NCBI GenBank assembly: GCA_951406725.2
Contig: OX597839.1
Coordinates: forward strand, 23,188,001 to 23,252,000
DNA: 64,000 nt
Source of the DNA: Octopus vulgaris
Lineage: Eukaryota
Reading direction: 5' to 3'
The translations under genes and the position numbers were made by a program. The notes under the pieces are model-generated. The model searched no databases and was not told the origin of the DNA. It saw only the letters and a program-made list of their open reading frames with translations. Shown here piece by piece: positions 39,829-55,200 of this stretch; position 1 is the stretch's first letter, and the number at the start of each line of letters is the position of its first letter.

Positions 39829-40098
39829 AAGAAGATAAGAAAAGAGAAAACAAGAAAGCTGAGAATGTGGAAAGTTTCACAAAACCTTTTCTATTTCAGG
39901 CACAAAGGCCCATCCTCAGAAGGAAAGCAGTCTGAGAAATGTCCAGTTATTTGAATGGGTTAATGGAACTGGTATAACTGGACATTTACCAGACTGTTTT
40001 CCTTCTGAAGATGGGCCTTTCTGCCTGAAATATAAAAGGTTTTGTGTAACTACCCGCATTCTCAGAACCTTTCCTGTTTTCTCTCTTTTTATCTTCTT
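39829..40098. repeat. Imperfect foldback with a hammerhead-like motif
   Basis: Arms of ~120 bp; CCTT-CTGAAGA-T-GGGC(ctttct)GCCT-GAAA-TATA-AAAGG at 40001-40039. Confidence 0.7.
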
Positions 40099-40111
40099 AT
40101 ATATCTATAAA

Positions 40112-40178
<67 letters not shown>

Positions 40179-40586
40179 GGAAAGTTTACGAAAATAAACA
40201 AGAGACGAAGACAGGTGGTGTACAAAACAAACAGATGTATTACTATAACGCTCAGGAATAGAAAAAGTCTTTTATGTTTCGAGCCTACGCTCTTCTACAG
40301 AAAGGGACACAGAAAAAACAAGGAGAGAAAAAAATGTGTGTAGTGGCTAACGATACGTCCTTAAAATGTGGCTAAGATCACCTGGAAATACTGATGAAAG
40401 TAAATTTGTGAACTTTATTATTCCGAACGAACTCTAAGAGTCTGATATACATATATGAAGGAAAAAAAATCTCTTAAAAAAATTAAATTAGAACAGTTTA
40501 AAATTTGTTTCAAATAATATGGATGGAAACCAAGGATGAGGAGGACATGTGAAGACACGTGTGCATGCTTGTATGTTTATATAATA

Positions 40587-40971
40587 CTAGCAGTATCGCC
40601 CGGCGTTGCTCAGGTTTGTAAGGGAAATAACTATATAAGCATTTTTAGAGAGTTGTAGCCAAAAAATAGCAAAAAAATGGGAAAAAAATGATGGTAAATT
40701 TTTTTGAGAGTTAAAAAAGGTGGAGTTGCGTCCCCTAGACGGTCTGTGGTTTGGGTTTCTGATTGTCGACCCCATGTCAAATTTATCGATTTTTTTCAGA
40801 ACTGGGGGAACTTTTCAAAATTTTCGCTGCGTTAGTTTTGAATTATGACATTGGGCTATGTGTGTGTCAAGTTTCATCAGAATCGGTTGAAAGCTGTGGT
40901 CAGGGTGAGGGTACAACCAAATAGACACACAGAAACACACACAGACAAACTGCCGTTTATATAGAGAGAGA
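40587..40971 (-). mobile_element. Non-autonomous Helitron, subfamily A
   Basis: CTAG/TC termini, homologous to 11084-11460. Confidence 0.85.
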
Positions 40972-42190
40972 AGATGATGTTAGGTCTGCTTTTCATGCTA
41001 GCATGTGTTGGACATGTATCCACAGTGTGAGTCAAACTTTATTCAGAGATACTGCCTTCCTAGTTTTGGTTAGGAGGAGTTACAATTTTCTCATCAGTTC
41101 CATTTTTATCAGGGGTTCCTGGGGCTGGATGCTCTTCCTAAAAATCAACCATTTTACACAGTGTAAATGGTAAAAAAAAAAAGATCCCCTTCGGTTACAA
41201 GTGACCATGGGATTGCACCAAGAAAGTTACCCTCCGAGGCACAAGTTCAGGCAAGGTTGTTTAGGGAAGACAAGCAGTCACCCACGCATACCAGCCTCCC
41301 CTCCTTTCCATGCCACGATGTTATCCAAGGGAAAGGCAAAGGGTACCGATAGAGCTTGGCACCGGTAACATCGCAACTCATTTCTACAGATGAGTGAACT
41401 GGAGCAATGTGAAATAAAGTGTCTTGCTCAAGAACACAACACACAGCCTGGTCCAGGAATTAAACTCACTACCACATACACATATACACACATACATAAA
41501 TGCATCCATTCATAGACAACCACACATACATACACACATACACATAAATGTATGCATAAATATTGTGTGTGTGTTTGAGTGTGTGTGTAGGTGTTGTGCA
41601 CATACTCACACACATAAACGTATGCATACATAGACAACCACACACACACATATATATACACACACACACAGTCAACTCTGTAAAGTAGTTGCTGTCAGGA
41701 AGGGCATCCAGCCGTGAAAAGTATACCAAAGTAGATAGTGGAACTTAATGCAGTACTCCGGCATATCAGCCCCTGTCAAACTGTCCAACACATACCAGCA
41801 TGGAAGTCAAATGTTCAGTGATGACGATGATGATGATGATACATTAAATACGTGTTCATTTACATACATATATAAACATATACACATACATACACACACA
41901 CACGCATATATGATAGGAAGAAGCACAAAGAATGAAGATGCATTAACTGAACGATTTAGTTAGCCAGATTCTATTTCCACAGAGTGCTTAACAAGGTATT
42001 CGTCTGAATCTACTAAATCTCTATCTTCCTCTTTTTCTTTCTTTCTTTACACACACACACACAAATATACATACATATTACATATATACATACACATATA
42101 TAAACATACATAAAGGCATACATACATGCACAGACAGACAAGCACATATACAGAATCATACAAGCTATATCTTCAGAGCAACATAGTATG

Positions 42191-42194
<4 letters not shown>

Positions 42195-42266
<72 letters not shown>

Positions 42267-42375
42267 TGCGTGTGTGTGAGTGAGTGTGTGTGTGTGAGTG
42301 TGTGTGTGTGTGTGAGTGAGTTTGTGTGTGTGAGTGCGTGTGTGTGTGTGAGTGTGAGTGAGTGTGTGTGTGTGA

Positions 42376-42416
<41 letters not shown>

Positions 42417-42563
42417 TGAGTGTGTGAGTGAGTGTGTGTGTGTGAGTGCGTGTGTGAGTGTGAGTGTGTGTGTGTGTGAGTGAGTGTGAGTGAGTGTGTG
42501 TGAGTGAGTGTGTGTGTGTGTGTGTGTGTGAGTGTGTGTGTGTGTGTGTGAGTGAGTTTGTGT

Positions 42564-42604
<41 letters not shown>

Positions 42605-42615
42605 TGAGTGTGTGT
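42195..42615. repeat. (GT)n/(GAGT)n microsatellite
   Basis: Directly visible. Confidence 0.95.
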
Positions 42616-43242
42616 ATAGGAGTTGTGCACATGTGTGTATGCATGTAGTATGCATAATAAAAGAAGATAAACAATATGCACATTAAACAACATGTATGTA
42701 TATATATATATATATATATATATACATACATATATATCATACACATTCTAATCTATATAATTTCCTATCAGTTGGTCAATGAGTATATGTATGTTGTTAA
42801 GGAGACAGAAGAATGGGCAGCGCCTATCACTGCTCTCCTCTGCCTATCAGATAATGGCTCATTGGAGTAGAAAGCGTTGATAACTTCTCGCTCACCTCAG
42901 CTTTCCACTATCTTACAGAACTGCTCCGACGTTGCACCCACCCCACCTCCGTTCTTTCCTTGTTATCATCATCATCATCACCTTCATCATTATCATCAGC
43001 ATAGTTATTATTAATAACATTATTATCATTACAAACATCATTATTATTACAAACATCATTATCATAATTATGATTATTAGAATCATTAGCCTCGTTTATT
43101 ATCAGAGTAATTTATAGATTTTTGTTTTCTTCTCCTACCATTCTCTGGTGAGGGTAGCTTTAATCTATGCCATCTTCCTTGGTGGATTTTTTTAAAAAAC
43201 AGATTTAATATCCAGGTACATCCAGATACCGAAATATTTATG

Positions 43243-43688
43243 GCCAGTGCCGGTGGTGCGTAAGAGAACCATCCGAATGTGGCTATTGCCAGCACCGCCC
43301 CAACTGGCCTCGTGCCGGTGGTATGTAAGAGAACCATCTGAACGTGGCCGTTGCCAGCACCGCCCCAACTGGCCTCGTGCCGGTGGTACGTAAAAAGCAC
43401 CATCTGATCGTGGCCGTTGCCAGCCCCGCCTGGCCCCTGTGCCGGTGGCACATAAAAAGCACCATCCGATCGTGGCCGTTTGCCAGCCTCGTCTGGCACC
43501 TGTGCCGGTGGCACGTAAAAAGCACCCACTACACTCATGGAGTGGTTGGCGTTAGGAAGGGCATCCAGCCGTAGAAACTCTGCCAGATCAGACTGAGCCT
43601 GGTGCAGCCTTCTGGCTTCCCAGACCCCAGTTGAACCGTCCAACCCATGCTAGCAAGGAAAGCGGACGCTAAACGATGATGATGATGT
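43243..43688 (+). mobile_element. RTE 3'UTR fragment with ~4-5 tandem units
   Basis: Same units and tail. Confidence 0.85.
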
Positions 43689-44922
43689 GTATGTGTATAC
43701 ATGCATATAAACACATACATATATACATGCACACAAACATACACAGACATACACACACACATGTATCTACACACAAACATATATGGGAAGAGTGTTGCCC
43801 TCATCATCTAGTGATCAAGATTTCAATTCCTAGACCGGTTTGTGTGTTGTGTTCTTGAGCAAAACACTTCATTTTATGTTGCTCTGCAATCACTTTGACA
43901 CCTTTCACCTGTTCAGGAAATGTCTATTTGATGTGGAGAGGGGGCGAGCTAATGTACGGCCCATACATTTGATCACTATAAACAAAATCATTTGGGCAGG
44001 TCGTTTAGCAAGAAAGATCAGAACCCTCATCTGTTGTTTATGATACGAGAGCCTACCACACACACACACACACACACAGTCACACACAGCCTCACACACA
44101 AACACAGTCACACAGCCACACACACACACACATATATGTATATATATAGGTGCAGGCATGGCTGTGTGGTAAGAAGTGCTTCGCAACCACATGGCCCCAG
44201 TTTCAGTCCCACTGCGTAGCACCTAGGGCAAGAATCTTCTACTATAGCCTAGGGCTGACCAAAGCCTCGTGAGTGGATTTGGTAGACAGAAACTGTAGGA
44301 AGCCTCTAAGTATATGTATGTAATATGTGACTGTGAGAAAGGGAGAGTGTGTATGTGTGCGTTTATGTCCTCTTGATTTCATGTCTTAACAGTAAACAGA
44401 CGGCACCATTATATCTGTAGTGTCATTGTTTACAATCTGCCATGAAAACATGCCCAGCCATTAAGCTGTTTACATTCAAGGGACTAGAGGTCCAACAGTA
44501 TAACAGAATTAGATACCAGCAGCATAAAAGAACCATATACCAACAGTATAACGAATATATATATATATCATTACCATCATCATCATCATCATTTAGTATA
44601 TGCCGTCTATGATAGCATGGGTGGGGTGGTTTTAAGTGACACCTGCACTAACAGTGTCACCAAATACTTGCAATATATGTACATATACACATAAGGTGGC
44701 AAGCCGGCAGCATTGTTAGCATGCCGGGTGAAATGCCTAGCAGTATTTCATCTGCGGTTATGTTCTGAGTTCAAATTCCACCAAGGTCGACTTTGCTTTT
44801 CATCCTTTCAGGGTCTATTAAATAAATACCAGTTATGCACTGGGATTGATGTAATCGACTTAATCCCTTTGTCTGTCCTTATTTGTTCCCTCTATGTTGA
44901 GCCCCACCTATGGGCAATAAAG

Positions 44923-44961
<39 letters not shown>

Positions 44962-45724
44962 CACATTGGTTTCAAATTCAGACACAAGGCCAGCAATTTG
45001 GAAGCTGGGTGTAAGATGATGACATTGACCCCAGCAAGCAACTGGTACTTATTTTATCAATCCTGAAAGGATGACAGGCAAAGTTGACACTGACAGTATT
45101 GAAGTCAGAACACAAAGTTGGAAGAAAAATACTGCTCAGCATTTTCCCCAGAATCCTAATGATTCTGCTAGCTCACCATCTTCCACAGAATTATATCTAA
45201 AACCATCATCATTATCATCACCATGATTCAATGTCCATTGTCCATGTGTTGGCATCGGCTGGACAGTTTGACCAGAGATGTCAAGCTGCAAGGGAGCTGC
45301 ACCAGACTCCAGTCTGCTTTGGAATGGTTTCTATGGCGAGATGCCCTTCCTAACATGCCAACCACTCCAGGAGTGTGCTGGATGCTTTTATGTGGCACCT
45401 CACGGGCACTTTTACATGGCATTGCATGGGTGCTTTTGCGTGGTACCACATGGTTGCTTTCATGTAGCACTGCCACATGTGATCTACACCAGCAGAAGGA
45501 CCGGTCTTAACATTTCTGCTGAGGAGTACGGGTTTTCTAGAGTACAGCAAAGCACCTGGCATCTCGGTCCTTTGCCATCTTGCCTGAAAGGTTTCAGCAT
45601 CCTGAAGTCGTTCTTCAGTTCTTCATCCAATGCCTTCCTGGGTCTCCCACTTTAGCAGGTTTCATCCAATTTGACAGATTGACACTTCTTTATGTTATAA
45701 CAGTTTAAGAGAATTAAATAATTA

Positions 45725-46120
45725 CTAGCAGTATCGTCCGGCATTGCTCGGGTTTGTAAGGGAAATAACTATAAAGCATTTTTAGAGAGTTATAGCAAAA
45801 AAAACAGCAAAAAATGCATTAAAAATGGAAAAAAAATTATGGTAAATTTTTTTTTAAATCGTTGACACATCGTAGACATTTTTAGAGAGTTACTTCCCTT
45901 TATTTAAAAAATATGCTTTAAAATGGAAAAAAATTATGGTAAATTTTTTTTTAAATCGTAGACTCATCGTAGACGTGCGCTAATACCCAGAAGGGCTCGA
46001 TATGAATCACGACTATAAGATACCCGGTTTTGGTTAAACTGCACTGCAAAATGTGGGAGTAGTTAGGAATCTAAATCAAGGAGACAGACACTCACACAAC
46101 TTCACTTTTATATATATAGA
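45725..46120 (-). mobile_element. Non-autonomous Helitron, subfamily B
   Basis: Shares the 3' CTAG end with subfamily A; 5' part shared with 51767-52281. Confidence 0.8.
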
Positions 46121-47789
46121 TATATACCACCAGTATAAAAGAATTATATACTAAGAATATAAGAGAATTATACATTAACAGTTGAAGAGAATTATAGAAT
46201 TATATATACCAATAGTATAACAGAATACTATACCAAGGGAATAAAGGGATTATAACAGCCAAGCTTAGCAATTAAGGAAACGAATAGCTAAGTAATTAAT
46301 GTTATATTGGTTACGGAAAGACTGAACTCAGCGGGACTTCATAGAAACAAAAGTATTAGGTTTTAGATGAGAATGTTATACTGGTGCAACCGACTGCGAG
46401 AGCAGCCAACAGTGTCTGCCCAGGCGATTTACAGGAAGCAGGAGATCGTTTCTGTTACTTAAGAGATCTGTTGATTGCTATAAATATTATAAACAATTCC
46501 CCCCCTTAACTCTAAGAAGTTTTTAAGGACCGATTCCTATCTCGGGTAGTTTCATGGTGGGAAGTAGATAGCAGATAAAACCAGCCCTGTCTAACAAAAC
46601 CCGTGTCAGTCTATCTTACGTAGCATTCCCAGATGATCTGCTGTCTATTTCAGGCAGCTGGTAAATTTTTAGGGATGCATAAAGGGGCTGTATGGTTAAG
46701 AAGTTGGTTTGGAAACTATTAATTTCAAGTTGGATACCACTGTACGAAAGCTTGGGCAAGTATCTTCTAGCAAGGTCTCAGATTGTCCTAAAACGTTAGG
46801 AGCAAAATTTAACAGATGGAAATTGTGAGGAAGCCCTTCAAATGAATTGTCCCTATTCTGGGGGTGACAGACTTAATCTGTGACCTAATCTAATGCCCCT
46901 ATCAGGTCTGCGGATGCCTTTAGTGGAGTCTACTCTGTTACAAGTAACTTTTAAATGTGGTTTTTCTTTTAACATGGTAGGGTAGGATTTGAGGGGACAA
47001 ATATGGCTGCTATTTTCAGTAAGTTAAACAATTATGTGGAGGCCTCCACAGTTTCCTCCTACCAAATTTCACTTAATGGTGGGAGTAGTTCTAATCGTGG
47101 TAGTAGCTCGAATAATGGTAGTGGTGGTGGTGGTGGTGGTGTTTGTAGTTGTTAAACCACAGATCAGCCCGGATCAAGTAGAACTATGATCGATGACACT
47201 CCAGCTGTGACCATCCCATCTATTTCTGATAGACAAGGAACCCAGCACCACATTGCCTGATCTGTCCTTATTTTTTGGGGAAGAGAATGAGGTGTGGTTT
47301 GTAGTAGATTTGGCTGCTATTTCTAACATAGAGAATAACCACTCAGAAGCTCTCTCATTGACACAAATGATAAATGATGGTGGTCGCTAGTATTGCTGAT
47401 GCTGTTGTTTAGCCCTTGGTCAGTTCCTAATGAGTAAACCTTTGATCAAAAGCATTCCAGTTATGACCATCCCGTCGTTTTCCCTAGACACAATGCATAG
47501 TGAAGCCAAAACAACTTGCTGCTATTTCTAGCAGGTCAAGATATACATCCCCAATCAAGCTGACCAATTGGCCAAAGGCTCCTTTTCAGCCACACCCCAC
47601 CTTACCCACCTTTCTCGGACGGACAAATGTAGCACCATTATCCAATGTGTCCCTCAGATTTCTGAATGGAGTGCGATTTGAGGCAGACTGGACTGCTATT
47701 TCTTGCAGATAAGTGCAGGTAACTGAGAGGGGGATCCCAGTAAATGTAGAAGCTGTTGCAAGTGGGATGACAGTATATGTTGTGGTCAC

Positions 47790-48270
47790 TAGTAGTAGTA
47801 GTGGTGGTGGTGATGGCAGTAGCGGTGGTGTGGTGGCAGTTGTGGTGGTGGTAGTAGTGGTGACGGTGGTGATGGTGGTCGTAGTAATAGTGGTAGTGGT
47901 AGTAGTAGTGGTGGTGGCAGTGGTTGTGTGGTGGTGGTGGTGGCGGCAGCAGTAGTAATAGTAGTAGTGATGGTGGCGGTGGTAGTAGTAGTAGCAGCAG
48001 CAGTAGTAGTAGTGGTAGTAGTAATAGTAGTAGTAGTAGTAGTAATAGTAGTACTAGTAGTACTAGTAGTAGTAGTAGTAGTGGTTGTGGTGGCAGCAGT
48101 AGTAATAATAGTAGTGGTGGTGGCAGTGATGGTCGTGGTGGTGGTGGCAGTGGTGGTGTGTTGACGGTGGTGGTGGTGGTGGTGGTGGTGGTGGTGGTGG
48201 TGGTGGTGGTGGCAGCAGCAGTAGTAGTAGTAGTAGTAGTAGTAGTAGAAGTTGTGGCTATGTGGTAGTA
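47790..48270. repeat. Compound (GTA)n/(GTG)n/(GCA)n trinucleotide array
   Basis: Directly visible. Confidence 0.9.
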
Positions 48271-51200
48271 GTTGCCGTGGAGACTGCATTGTCAGGTGAA
48301 GGCTAGAGTGGTAGCCATGGAGAGAGTGACTTAAATGACAATGTCAATAGCTGTAATACTAAACCACACACACGAGATTCTGGAAGTTTCCACACAAAAA
48401 CAGAAACAAAATGCACATCTCTGTATCCTTCGCTCGGTTTTATTTCATTATTCTTCACTTTTTGTTGTTGGTTGGTTTGTTTTGCTTTCGGTTGCTTTTT
48501 GCTTCTTTGGTTTTTTAAATATTTTTGTAAGAAAATATCTCTACTTATGAAATATTGCTGTAAACACATCGCAGACATATGTGGATTGAAGTAGCAAAGA
48601 GCTTCTCCCCACCACACACACACACACACATACACGCAGAGCTGGAATCACCAAAGAAGCCGTCACACACACACACACACACACATGTAGAGAGGTATTA
48701 TGTTGAATACAAGTACAAGGAAGTCTTTGAGAAGCTCTCTCCTTTAACCATCCAAACATTGCATCCTTTAAAACCTCCATGCTTCCTGAAATTCACCAAC
48801 ACTACACCTGATATCCCTCCTACCTGCTTCATACACATGCACACATGTCTATTATGACTCATACGCTGTTCACTTTCCTGACTTTTGTACATAATTCTAT
48901 GTACTGTACATGCACCTTTAATGAGTTGTAGTGCACCTGAGCACTAGACACAATAATTTCATTATTATTAAACTGAATAGAGGAAGAGAATGAGCAGCAG
49001 AGAGAGAAAACGGCAAACCTGGGAACCAAACTTTGAATCCATTAATCATTAATTAACAAATAACATTTTCGTTAACAATTTAACGTGGCCCAAGATGTGT
49101 GTAGCAGCAGCCAGCTTTAAGGAACAAAGTCCAGTGATTAAAGGAAAAGGAAAAACAGATAAAGGGGACAGCACACTTGTGAGAGAGAGGCTGCAGCAAG
49201 TCTGAGAGGGGTTAAAGGCCCACCAGCCAAGTGGTCATTCTCTGGAAGTGGCCCAAGATGTCAATTTGTGTAGTGTGTAGCAGCAGCATTGATGCACAGG
49301 TAGAGACCTCCACTGTGGGCCTCTTCTTTTTATAGTCCCATTAAGGGTCAGCAGGCATTATGGACCTTGAAGAGAAGGCCCAGTGTTTGAGTGGTGGCGC
49401 TAGATAATATTGGTTTTGAATTTTGGCAGCAAATCAGGCCAGCACTTTCAGGGGTGGGGACGAGTGAATTATATGGGCCCCAGTACTCAACTGGTATTTA
49501 TTGTATCAACCTCAATACACACACACACACACATACACACATATATATACACACATGCATATATATACACACACATATATATATACATATATATATACAC
49601 TCAAACATATATACATACACACACACACACATATATATGCATACATACACACACACATATATGCATACATACACACACACATATATATGCATACATACAC
49701 ACGCACATATATATGCATACATACCCACACACATATATACATAGATACACACAAACACATATTCATATACACACACACACATATACATAAACACACACAA
49801 ACATATACATAAACACACACAAGTATATCAATACTCACACACACATATATACACATCAGGCCGTGGCCATACTGCATACACACACACACAAACACACATC
49901 TTTTATCGCCTGCTTGTTTCAGTCATCAGGCTGTGGCCATGCTGGGGCAGCACTGTTTCAAATTTTCTTTCGTGGAATGAAACAAACCCAGTTCTTATCT
50001 ATCTTCTTTTAAGCCTGGTACTTGTTCTATTGGTCTCTTTTGCCAAACCGCTAAGTTACAGGGACGTAACCATACAAACACCAGTTGTCAAGCAATGGTG
50101 GGAGACAAACACAGACACAAAGACACACACACACACACACACAAAGACACACACAGATGCATATACAACGGGCTTCTTTCAGTTTCCATCTACCAAATCC
50201 ACTCACAAGGCTTTGGTTGGCCTGGGGCTGTAGCAGAAGTCATTTGCCCTGGGTGCCATGCAGTGGGACTGAACCCAGAACCATGTGGTCAGGATGCAAG
50301 TTTCTTGCCACACGATGGGGCTTCTTTCAGTTTCCATCTACCAAATCCACTCACAAGGCTTTGGTTGGCCTGGGGCTGTAGCAGGAGACATTTGCCCTGG
50401 GTGCCATGCAGTGGGATTCAACCTGAAACTGTGCGGTCTGAAACCAAACGTACCACACAGCCACACACAAAACATCCCTATTGGAGGGGAAAAAATTAAA
50501 ATATAAAGAAAAATAAAACCTCTCAGCAACAACTATTAGGGAGCTTCAAAGGAAAGGGGCAAATTTCCACAAGAAATTAAAAATTAATCTCTCAAAAATC
50601 TAATCTTGATTTGGATGTAAGGGAGACAACTATGGACGTATTTCAGCCTATGTATACTTGTTTCAATGTGGGAAGCAATGACAGTATTTCTCTTCTTAAA
50701 ACTCTCAATGAATATTAAACCAACCGATGCAAACATAATCAAAATATTTTGTTCTTACTCAAACGAAAGCTATCACGTTAACAAAACAGTTTGGTTCGAA
50801 TGAAAACCCACACAATGGAAGCATCTTCCGTCAACATGTGGTTTTGACAACCAAGCTCTTATCGTAGAATAATAGATTTGAAGAAAAATGTCTTGGAGTA
50901 GTTTCAGATATATCTCTGGTCATTAAACTTCTTTATTATAGAAATAGCAGAAAGTGACAGATGGAGAAGTGAGGAGAAATGAAATTTAAGATGGAATCAT
51001 TGAAACGAATAAAGCATAAAAGTACAGATATGGGAGTGTGATTAAGTAGTTCTCTTTGCAGTCATGAGGTTTGGGGTTCAATAACAGCAGGCAGCCTCTT
51101 GGACAAGTATTTTCTATTGCAGCCCCAGGTTGACCGATGCCTTCATGAGTTGATTATGATATATGAAAACTGCATGAAGCCTTTTGAATGGATTTTAACT

Positions 51201-51766
51201 TCTGTACACAGGTTACTCCATTTACATAAAAAAAGCAACTGTAGCAGTGCTATGTAAAAGTGATTGTGCAGTGGCAGATAAAAGTGCCCATGAGGTGCCA
51301 CTTAAAAGCACTTGCCCGTGCAGCGCCACATTAAAAATACTCAGCACTTTCTGTAATGTACTTGATGTTAGAAAGGGCATCCAGCCATAGAAACCATGCC
51401 AAATCAGACTGCAGCCTGTTGTAGCCTTCCAGCTTGCCTGCTCTGGTCAATGCCAAGTGTTACATAACTGGCACCCATTCTGGTGGCACATAAAAAGCTA
51501 CCACTACAGTCCTGGTGTGGTTGGCATTAGGAAGGGCATCCAGCTGTAGAAACCATGACAAATCAGATTGGAACCTGACGCAGCTCTCCAGCTTATCAGT
51601 TTCAGTCAAATCCTCTAACCCATGCTAGCATCGAAAGCAGGTGCTAAATGATGATGATGATGATGATTATGATGCAGCAGCAGCAATGTCCTGGAAAGTT
51701 ATCAATAATGTCACTAAAACTTTTAGAAATCCAAGAATAAAAAACATTTTGAGTTAAATTTGAAAA

Positions 51767-52281
51767 TCTATATATATAAAACTGTAGTTGTGTGAGTGTC
51801 TGTCCCCTTCGATTTAGATTCCTAACTACTCCCACATTTTGCAGTGCAGTTTAACCAAATTCGGGTATCTTATAGTTGTGATTCATATTGAGCCCGTCTG
51901 GCTATTAGCGCGCGTCTACGATGAGTCTACGATTTTAAAAATAATTTAACATCATTTTTTATTCCATTTTAATGCACATTTTTTCGTGTGTCGATGGCGG
52001 CGGAGTTGGCGTCCACGGTCACACCTGCACCTGTGTTTGCTTCTCCCCCTTCTTCCCTCCCTCGTGAAGCTGTGGGGAAGGGAGTTTAAGGAAATCAACG
52101 TCGTAAAGCGTTGTCAAGGAGACCAGCGTTCTTTTAGAACAACGACTTCATGGCTTGAAGACACCAAAACAGAAATGGCTAAGAAAGCCCGAATTGGCAT
52201 CTATAAGGGAAGTAACTCTCTAAAAATGCTTATATAGCTATTTCCCTTACAAACCCGAGCAACGCCGGGCGATACTGCTAG
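51767..52281 (+). mobile_element. Non-autonomous Helitron, subfamily B
   Basis: A|TC start, CCCGAGCAACGCCGGG hairpin, CTAG|T end. Confidence 0.85.
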
Positions 52282-55200
52282 TGATATCATAAAAGAGTCC
52301 CAGAAACTCTGATGACTCTGGATACCCGGGGTATTTTCAAATAAAACTAAAGATGAACAAGATGATGGTGGCTCGTTAAACTCATTAAAGGGTCACACAA
52401 AATACCTTCCATGTTTAGTGAGATTTCTTTCTTTCTTTCTTTTTTTCATCTTTTAGTCTTGATGGAAAACTGTATTCATGATCCTTGACGGGGCCTCCAT
52501 GACTTCTGGGAGGAAAGGAGAGGGAAGAGAGGAAAGCATCCTTAACAGTTTAGCATTCAGATTACTCCATCAAATGTAATCCTTATTCATTCACATTGTT
52601 TTGAACTAATCATAGATTATCTCTTAGCTTTGAAAGACTTTAATAATCTCACTGTTTATTTTTAGAATGACATTGTAGGGTAAGTGTGAGAGGCCAGATC
52701 TGACCAATCTGAATGTAAACCAGGAAGAATATATGAGTCACATACGGTCGATTCAACCCTTTAGCATTCAGATTACTCTGTCAAATGAAATTCTTTTTTA
52801 TTCCCATTGTTTTGAATTAATCCTGGATTATCTCATAGCTTAGAGATTTCCATGATGTGATTGTTTTTAGACTGACAGAGTAGTGCAGGTATAAGAAGCT
52901 AGATCTGGCCTGTTTGCATATGCAAAACAGGCAGAATATTTTGGGCCGGATGTGGCTGGTTTAAATGCTGAATGGTTAAAACAATTTTTTAATACAATTT
53001 CTTGTAAAATTTAGTAATAATAACATAAAATGATTTTTGAAAGCTCAAATGGTTAGGAAGATATAACCAAGTAAAATAGAAATCAAAATGGGTCCGTGGA
53101 TAAAAATAGGAACCAAAGGAGTTCATGGATGAAAAAAATAAGGAGAAACACTGCTTTAAAGGATCATCTGGGACCGTTTAAAGGATCATCTAGGACCCTT
53201 TAGAGTGCACAGTTCTTTTGGTCGAAAGATTTCTGTGATGTGATTGTTTTTAGACTGACAGAGTAGTGCAGGTATAAGAAGCCAGATCTGGCCTGTTTGA
53301 ATGTAAGACAGGTAGAATATTTGTACTGGATAGGGCCAGTTTAAGTGCTAAAGAGTTAAACCAGAAACCAGAACTGACAACAGAATGGACACTCCTAAAG
53401 ATACCAGGGGACAGTGTTACAGATTTGGCTAAACCTACAAATAGGCCACGATGGGATTTGAACTCTGAAATGCAAAAAGCCAGAACAGATACAGTAATAC
53501 ATCCAATCTGACATTCTTACATTTCCAAAACTTATCACACAAGTTTTTTTGTTTTTTTTTAATAAAAGCGTGAAATGTAACAACTCTGTGCATTCCGAGT
53601 TCAAATCCCAAACTTAACCTTGCACTTCATCATTTGAGAGGAAGAGAAGGATCAATAAAACAAAGTGCTAGTCAGTTCCTGCAGTTGATTTAATATTCCT
53701 GTAATGCATTCGACAAGTGAATGGAATTATAATGGGAAATGTTAAGAATATTATCCCAATACGGCAACATTTAAGGTGGATCTTATTTCACATCAGACAT
53801 GTTGAGAAGGAAACAAATGAATTACTCTCACTTGAAATAATGGAAGTGCCGTCTGGTATGACAAAAGCCGCAATTAAACAATGGTTGAAGTATACAGCTC
53901 CAATAAAAGATGGTACCCTGCAGTCCTGAAGTTGAATTTTGGCAAAGAACTAAGGCAGTAGTTGCCAATTCTAATAAAAATAAAGAAATAATTATTAAAT
54001 AATTAATGAAAAAGAATCTCTAAAAATATAGGCTTTAACACAAGCTACACTTAAATACAACTACATCTAGATTATCTCAACAAGGAAGCCTCTACATGGT
54101 TGCTCAACCTGCCAGAAATAGTAGTCAAATCTCAGTCAAATTACACTCTACTATCTTTAAAAAACAAAAGGACAGATTGATAGTGCATTCCAATATATAC
54201 TAAAAAGGTAAAGACCCCTTTCAGTCATAAAATATCATGGGATTGCACCTAGAAAGTTCCCCTTCAAAGCACAAATTTGGACATGGTTGTTTATGGAAGA
54301 CCAGCAGTCGCCCATGCATACCAGCCTCCTCCTCTCCATGCCACCATTGTTATCCAAGAGAAAGACAAAGGGACTGATACAGGTTGGCACCAGTGACGTT
54401 GCAACTCATTTCTACAGATGAGTGAACTGGAGTCACATGAAATAAAGTATCTTGCTCAAGAACACAACACACAGCCCGGTCTGCAAATCAAACTCACTGC
54501 CTCATGCTCCAAGAATTGAATGCACTGAATCGAATGCACAACCTCAAAATATATTCCTTTCTGCTCTAGGCACAAGGCCCAGAATTTTCAAGGAGGGGGC
54601 CAGTCGATTAGATCGACCCCAGTATGCAACTGGTACTTAATTTATTAACCTCGAAAGGATGAAAGGCAAAGTGGACCTCAGCAGAAATTGAACTCAGAAC
54701 CACTAAGTATTTCGCCTGGCATGCTAATGTTTCTGCCAGTTTGCCGCTTTAACCTTAAAATATATTATAAGTCTGACTACAAAACAGAAGGGTCTTTCCT
54801 TGACCTTGAGAATAAAAAACAACAACAGCAACTGCATTCATTTTCATGAAATAAAACATCATTTACTTCTTGGAAAGGTTCATTCCATTAGCTTAACATT
54901 GGAAGAATCTCAGTAATTAACAGCATTTTATTGTTTTACGTTTCGAAAACCAATCTGCCATTAACAACAAGATATTCAGATGATATAATGACAAAACAAA
55001 TAAGAAGGAAACCAAAATACAGAAAGAATACTTGTCAATATTTAGAAATAGGCCTTGCTCTAAATTCTATGAAAATCTTTTCAAAATAAAAGAGGTTGTG
55101 TAGTTCTGTGGGGTTTTTTTTAAATTTTATTTTATTTCAAGAGATCAAAGTCCATCTGAAGTCAGTGCAATTAGAGAGTTTAAGCATCCAACAAACCAAA

